From Azolla caroliniana (lineage: Eukaryota; Plantae; Polypodiophyta), in the NCBI GenBank assembly GCA_043228905.1, contig JBHGNT010000015.1, positions 4,340,001 to 4,404,000 of the forward strand: a stretch of 64,000 bases of DNA, written 5' to 3'. The notes below the pieces were generated by a model, which was not told the DNA's origin, ran no database searches, and worked only from the letters and a program-made list of their open reading frames with translations. Of the stretch, positions 57,804-64,000 are shown piece by piece (within the stretch, counting starts at the first letter, position 1; each line of letters starts with the position of its first letter). The translations under genes and the position numbers were made by a program.

Positions 57804-60800
57804 ACACAGAGAATGTGATAGAGGATATGATTAAAGCATAGACATAGTTCGATTCAAATGGAAGCTTTCGTTATTACTATTCTCTCTCTCTCTGAGATTC
57901 AAGATATACAAGAATGATCAAGAAGAAGTATGTTACAACGTTAGGTTATAGCTTATATATTAAGCCCTAACTCTTTGGACGTGTTCACACTAGGATACAA
58001 AGTGGAAGGAGTCTGCTCGTTATGCCAACAAACTCCCCCGTCGCAGGACTACTCTTTCCTACATGTATAAGTGATTGGGGTAATCTCCCCCGTAAACCTA
58101 GATTACAAAATTAATCTAAATTTATATTACAAGTCAGTCGGCATAAAGCCAAGTTGGTGAAGGTGAAGTTGATGTCTAGCCTGATTTGGCTAGTTTGAGT
58201 CGGTCGAATCAATGTGTTCGAATCATCCTTCGTTCAAATCGGTCTGACTATTGAAATCGGCTTGTGTCCAATTCTCGATTTTGGCCTTGTGTCGATTGTT
58301 CGTAGTTCGCTTTGTTTCTCCTCCTGTGCTCCTCGCTGGATCCTTGATCTGTATCCGATTTTGTTCGCCTCTCAATCGTTTCCTTTCCAGTCGTTATCCT
58401 CGCTCAGTGCTATTTCTTCAGCCCCTTGTGTTTCCAAACATGTCGATTAAATTGCTCTTTTTGTGAGTCTGTTCAGGTGGGTTTTCGACTTCCCTTCTAC
58501 TCCTCGTTCGGCTTTCTTTTGCTCAGTCGCTTGTCGTAGTCCCATCTTTTTCCTTAGTGTTCTAAAGCGCTGATCTGGGAGTAGCTTCGTTAGGCAATCC
58601 ACGATGTTCACCTCAGTGTCGATCTTCCAGACTTCGAGCTTATTTTCGGTCATCAAATCCCAGATGTGATGATACCGCACCTCAATATGTTTTGTCTATG
58701 CATGATAGACAAGGTTGTTGATTAGGTGTATGTTGGGAGACAAGTCCCTCCAGATGGGAAGGGAGAAGAACAGTGCTGATGAGAACCAGATGAGGAGTAC
58801 CCGGCTACGGAGAGCCAGATGGTGCAGACCCGGTGAGAACCGGATGAAGAGTACCCGGCTACGGAGAGCCGGATGGTGCAGACCCGGTGAGGAGTGCTCA
58901 CCAGATGAAGAGACATATTCGTAAATATGTTTTCTGAGAGTCCATCGGGGCGATATTTGTAAATAGTCGGAAAGTCATATCAGTATAAATATGGCTTAGG
59001 GCAAACTTATGATGTTGTTGTCATTCTTGTTTGCGCAAGATCAGAGCATGTAACTATGTACATAGAGAGAGAGAGAGGAAGAGGCCGTTCCCTCTGTTGT
59101 AACCGCCGCCTGTGCCGAAGATAGAAAGCTCGAGGTTGTTGCCTCGGTGCTTTACTGTTGTACACTGTAACATAGAGATAGTTTGCAGCCTGTGGGCTGT
59201 CGTGGTTTTTCCCTAGTTTGGGTTTTCCACGTAAACATCCTGTGTACTCTTCTCTCACTTTTATGTCGTGCATTCATTCCTGTTTTCTGTGTTTGATTCT
59301 AAGCTCGGTTGTGACCGAGCATTGTTCATAGGGGAGCGTATAGTTCCTGTCAAAGTGGTATTAGAGCGAAATGACACAGAAAATGGACGATTCGTTGGGA
59401 GGCATGTTCAAGCTCACCGGCTCCAACTATTTGGTGTGGAAGTCGAAGATGAGGGACATGCTCGTGGTTAAAGACCTCTGGCTGCCAGTTGAGTTCAGGG
59501 ACAAGAGACCGGACAAAATCGACGCCGCGATATGGGAGGTAATGCACATGAAGACAACGGCGTACATACAGTGCTTCATCAACATGAGCCTATACAACAA
59601 CTTCAATGAAGAGAGCAAGGCTCATGAGCTCTGGGAGAAGATCGGCATTATGTTTCAGAACAAAAATGCTATTAATCAGGTTTCGGTATTCCGGAAGCTA
59701 GTAAGACTCCGGTACCAAGATGACTCCAGCATGGCGGAGCACATGAATACCTTCTAGGTCCTAATACACCAGGCAACATCATTCGAAGTACCTCTCGCCG
59801 ACGAGGTACTAGCGCTGCTCCTGCTCGGTTCCCTCCCAGATAGTTGGGAGATGTTGGTTGTCACTTTGGGCAACGCCGGGCCAGAAGGGAAACGGTTATC
59901 CCTAGCAAGAGTGAAGTCCAGCTTGCTAGATGAGGAGGTGCGTCGGAAAGATAAGGATACGAGCTCCAACTCCAAAGCGCTCCTTACCAAATCGGAACGC
60001 GGAAGACATAGAAACCGTAGTCCCCAAAACCGGGAAAAGTCAGGGACACGGTCAAAGTCCAGGGGGAGGCCTACTTGCTTCTATTGTGGCAAGCCGGGAC
60101 ACTTCCAGAAGAACTGTCGGCATTTTCGAAAAGACAAGGAAACCGACGGTACCGATTCGAAGCGGACACCGGACCGGAATGGTAAAGACCGGAGGGGGCC
60201 GGACCGGAAGGGAACGACGGCAATCGCGGCAAGTGAAGAAGAGTTGATGCTAATCACCGAGGAGAATGAGATAAAACTTGCCGGCGATGTGATGACCTGG
60301 GTGGTCGACTCCGGAGCGTTGTTCCACCTTACCCCGGACCGGAAATGCTTCTCATCCTACTCAGCCGGTGATCACAATTGTGTCCGGATGGGGAATAAAG
60401 GTACATGCCGAATTGTCGGCATAGGAGACGTGTGGCTGACAACACCAACCAGATGCAAGCTGCTGCTGAAGGATGTCTGACACGTTTCGAAGGTTCATCT
60501 GAACCTGATATCAGCCGGTCAGCTAGATGATGAAGACTACACGGATAGCATTCGGAACGTTGTCATGAAGTTCAGCAAAGGGAGCCTGATTGTGGCTCAG
60601 GCCCAGAAGGTAAACACTCTGTACCTGATGAATGCCCGGTTATGTTCAGAGGAAGTGAACGTGGCATCCGACACTACCGGTGAGTTGTGGCACAAGAGGC
60701 TGTGTCACATGAGTGAGAAGGGGATGAAGACGCTTGCTGACGACAACCTCATTCCATTGAAGAACGTGCACTTGGAGAAGTGCACTGATTGTTTGGCCGG

Positions 60801-62229
60801 TAAACAAAACCGGACCTCCTTCCGATCGAGGCCACCGATGAGACGTAATGCACCACTAGAGTTGGTGCATACAAATGTGTGTCAAGTGGACACGAAGTCA
60901 CATGCCGGAGCGCAGTACTTCGTGACGTTCATAGATGACCACAACCGGAAGCTCTGGGCCAGACCATTGAAGATGAAGGATCAGGTGCTATCCGTCTTAG
61001 AAGAGCTCCACGCGAGAGTGGAAAGAGAAACCGGTTGGAAGCTGAAGGCGGTTCGAGCAGATAACGGAGGTGAATACCAGGGGCAGTTCGAGGAGTACTA
61101 TCGCTCGAAGGGAATCCAGCTCAAATTTACCATGCCGAAGACGCCGGAACTAAACGGGCTGGCCAAGAGAATGAACCAGACCATAATGGAGAGGGTCCGG
61201 AGTATGCTGGCGCATGCAAAACTACCCAAGAAGTTTTGGGCTGAGGCACTGTCGACGGCGACATATGTGATAAACAGATCACCCTCAGTACCCTTGCACG
61301 GAGACACGCCACAAAGAGTCTGGACTAGTAAGGAAGTGTCCTACCGGCATCTAAAGGTATTCGGTTGTCTCGTCTACGCGCATGTAGCTAAGGACCAGAG
61401 AGGAAAGTTAGATCCTATGGCGACGATGAGTTCCGCTACCGAGTGTGGGACCCGGTCGACAAGAAGGTATTCCGGAGTCGAGATATTATCTTTATGGAGG
61501 ACAAGACGCTCGCTGACTGGGAGTCGGAGAAGAAGATAATGAACTCCGAGTCGACCGGTAAGGATCGATTCTACGATGAGCAGACCCAACTGGCAAGAGA
61601 CCAGTTAGCCCTCGAGGAACCAGCCGGTTACGGTGAGGATACCGAACCGGCAGAAGAAGAAGTAAAGGAAGTTGAAACCGGAACCGGTCAGGACCTCGAA
61701 TCAGATTTGGATGAAGAGCAAATGGAGGAGCCTGTTACCGAAGCCCAAAGATGGAGATATCCTCTCAGAGAGAGAAAGGCCCCCCGGAGATTTCCGGATG
61801 CAGAGCATGTGCTGCCGACCGATGAGGGTGAGCCAGAAAGCTTCGAGGAAGCGAAAAGTGATGCCCAGAACCGCAAATGGCTAAGTGCCATGCAGGATGA
61901 GATGGATTCCCTCCATGAGAATCGTACGTACGAATTGGTGGAGTTGCCAAATGGAAAGCGGGCACTCCGAAACAAGTGGGTGTACAAGTTGAAACCGGGA
62001 GATGCCGGCAAACCCCCGAGATACAAAGCCAGGATCGTGGTGAAGGGGTTCCTTTCAGTGTATTGCGCTCTGTGAGTTGCAATAGATGGTCGGCATTTGT
62101 CGATTGATTCGTCTTGTAGCCGAAAAGTCGACAGTTAGTCGGTGCAGCCGGATCACTTGCTTTGTTGCCTCCGACGTTGCTATGTACTCAGCCTCTGTGG
62201 TAGACAGGGTCATGCACTCTTGGAGCTTT
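57749..62229 (-). mobile_element. H2: 3' part of a copia element (3' LTR 57749-58030, PPT, RNaseH), split by Copia-3 and cut by Copia-4
   Basis: PPT GGGGGAG next to TGTTGGCATAA; STTEAEY..CNSQSAIH | TKHIEVRYH..DCLTK. Confidence 0.82.
58731..62057 (+). mobile_element. Copia-3 (Copia-2 family): 5' LTR 58731-59352, decayed gag-PR-IN and start of RT; 3' part deleted
   Basis: PBS TGGTATTAGAGCG; TSD GTGTA at 58726-58730 / 62058-62062; two 54-bp units in the LTR. Confidence 0.92.
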
Positions 62230-64000
62230 TGTTGGCATAAAAGGCCGACTCCTTCCAAGTTGTATCTGTCCTTGTGTGAACTCTTTAATATGTTAGGGCT
62301 TAGTATATAAGTGAATACCTAACATTGTGATGAGTGATGACAAGAAGAGTATTGTATCTCTGAGAGAGAAAAAAGTAATAAGAAGCTTTCCATTAAAGCT
62401 CAATCTACTTTCTAAGTCTTCATTCACTGTATTTTCTATGTGTTGTTTTTTGTGCATAAGCAAATAGGTCCACAAACGTTTTCTGCATACGTATAACCAC
62501 CTACCCACAACTGGTATCAGAGCGACCTTGTTGCACGGCGGCAACAGACAACAGAAGAAGCTAAGTGGAAAACGCCATATTAGAAATCTTACTTTCATAA
62601 AAGGAATATGGCTTCAACATCCGGAACAGGAGTTGAAATCAGAAAGTTCGACGACAAAAAATTTTCCCTATGGAAGGAGATGATGCAACATGTGCTGATC
62701 ATCCGAAGACAGGTTGAAGCCATTCGGCACAATGAAAAGCCTGCTTCGATGAAAACATAAGAGTGAAGATCAGTTGACGAAATAGCATGATCCACCATTC
62801 GAATGCACTTAGCCGAAAATGTCTACTTCAGCATGGCAAAAGAGAAACTACAGGCAATCTATGAGAAGAAGTCCTCATCTTCAAAATTAATTTTGATCAA
62901 ACAACTGTTCAATATGAAGATGAAAGAGACCTCCCACATCAACACCTTCAGTCGGGTGTTGTCTGAGCTCTCGTCACAAGGGATCAACTTTGAAGATAAA
63001 GTGAAAGCCCTTGCCCTCCTGTCGAGCTTGCCGGCGAGTTGGGATGTATTCTGCATGACATACACCAATAGCCGACTGATCCTAAACTTGGATGAAACAA
63101 TCGGCCAAGTCCTCACAGAGGACATCAGGCGAAAATCGATGAGACTTTCCATCGATGAGTCAGCAGAAGCCCATCACTCGACTGAGTCATTCGAACGATA
63201 GAGTCGAACGAAAGAACAAGCCGACATAACCGATCGATGCTACAACCCATCGAAAAGAATGGGTGACCGATAGTGGTTGAAGTTGAAAATAGGCCAATCA
63301 AGTGACTACTGGTCAATAAAAGGAAAAGAGAGTGGTCGGCATTCCAAGCGGAATCGGGGACGTTCCGAATTGGACCACTCTCTAGTCGGCAACCAGAGCA
63401 ATGTTGCCAACACCCGATCCAGAGAAATCCTCTCCCTAGAGGACTCAATGATTAGAGAAGTCCTCTACAGTGCACAAGTTGCACACACATGGCTACTAGA
63501 CTCTGGCGCCACATTTCATGTGACCCTCAACATTGAATGGTTCTCGAACTATTCAACTGACGCCAGCGGCAGTCTAATTGAGAAATGGGCAGGAGTGCAA
63601 GATAATCAGAACCGGGAATGTTCCCATCAGATTGCCAAATGGCAACACAATAACCCTGCACCTAGTTCGGCACGTACCCGATCTAAAGAGGAGTCTGGTC
63701 TCCATTGGCATGTTAGCCGAAGACGGGTATTGAACGACTCTACACGATTCGACATGGGTGATCAGCTGACCAAACCTCAAAATCAGTAGTGGGCACAAGT
63801 ATAATAATCTATACCCATTGATGGTGATCAACCCTGAAGGGGTCATGAACATAACCGAGATAACCGACCTGAACTTATGGCATGGCCGACTTGGCCACAT
63901 GTCTCAAGCCGGACTTGATCGGCTGATGTTGGTTGGCTACATTCTGAAACTCCAGGCAAAGATGGACTTCTGCGAGCATTGTCGATATGGGAAACAGACC
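62230..64000 (+). mobile_element. Copia-4 (H2-related LTR 62230-62509), decayed gag-PR-preIN; runs off the window
   Basis: The LTR is similar to the reverse complement of 57749-58030; PBS TGGTATCAGAGCG at 62512; LLSSLPASW, WLLDSGATFH, LWHGRLGHMS. Confidence 0.87.

Noticed and set aside
1-64000. Host protein-coding or rRNA genes
   Set aside because: Nearly all sequence is explained by retroelement parts; no exon-like non-TE protein was recognised.

Overview
No host gene is recognisable. The window is a dense stack of nested plant-type LTR retrotransposons, and the lineages look like those of non-seed plants (inference). One old minus-strand Ty1/copia element (H1) is the scaffold from beyond the left edge to 56547. 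It is split by two Athila/Tat-like Ty3/gypsy elements (A, B) that share a long extra 3' ORF, by a copia element with premature stops (Copia-2), and by a tRNA-Trp-primed gypsy lineage (C, D, E, solo LTRs F and G). A young intact copia (Copia-1) sits inside A. A second, smaller copia nest (H3 > H2 > Copia-3 and Copia-4) fills 56.7-64 kb. The strongest candidate novelty is the Trp-primed lineage. It has 4-bp TSDs centred on CG, a -1 frameshift signal placed after the protease, and LTRs carrying an antisense tRNA-like Pol III cassette next to an RY (CATGCA) cluster. Other unusual items are the conserved ORF3 of A and B, an element whose LTR/PBS polarity opposes its coding body (B), and an element ending in an inverted half-LTR with a retained TSD (C). 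All comparisons were made by eye; no database searches were run.
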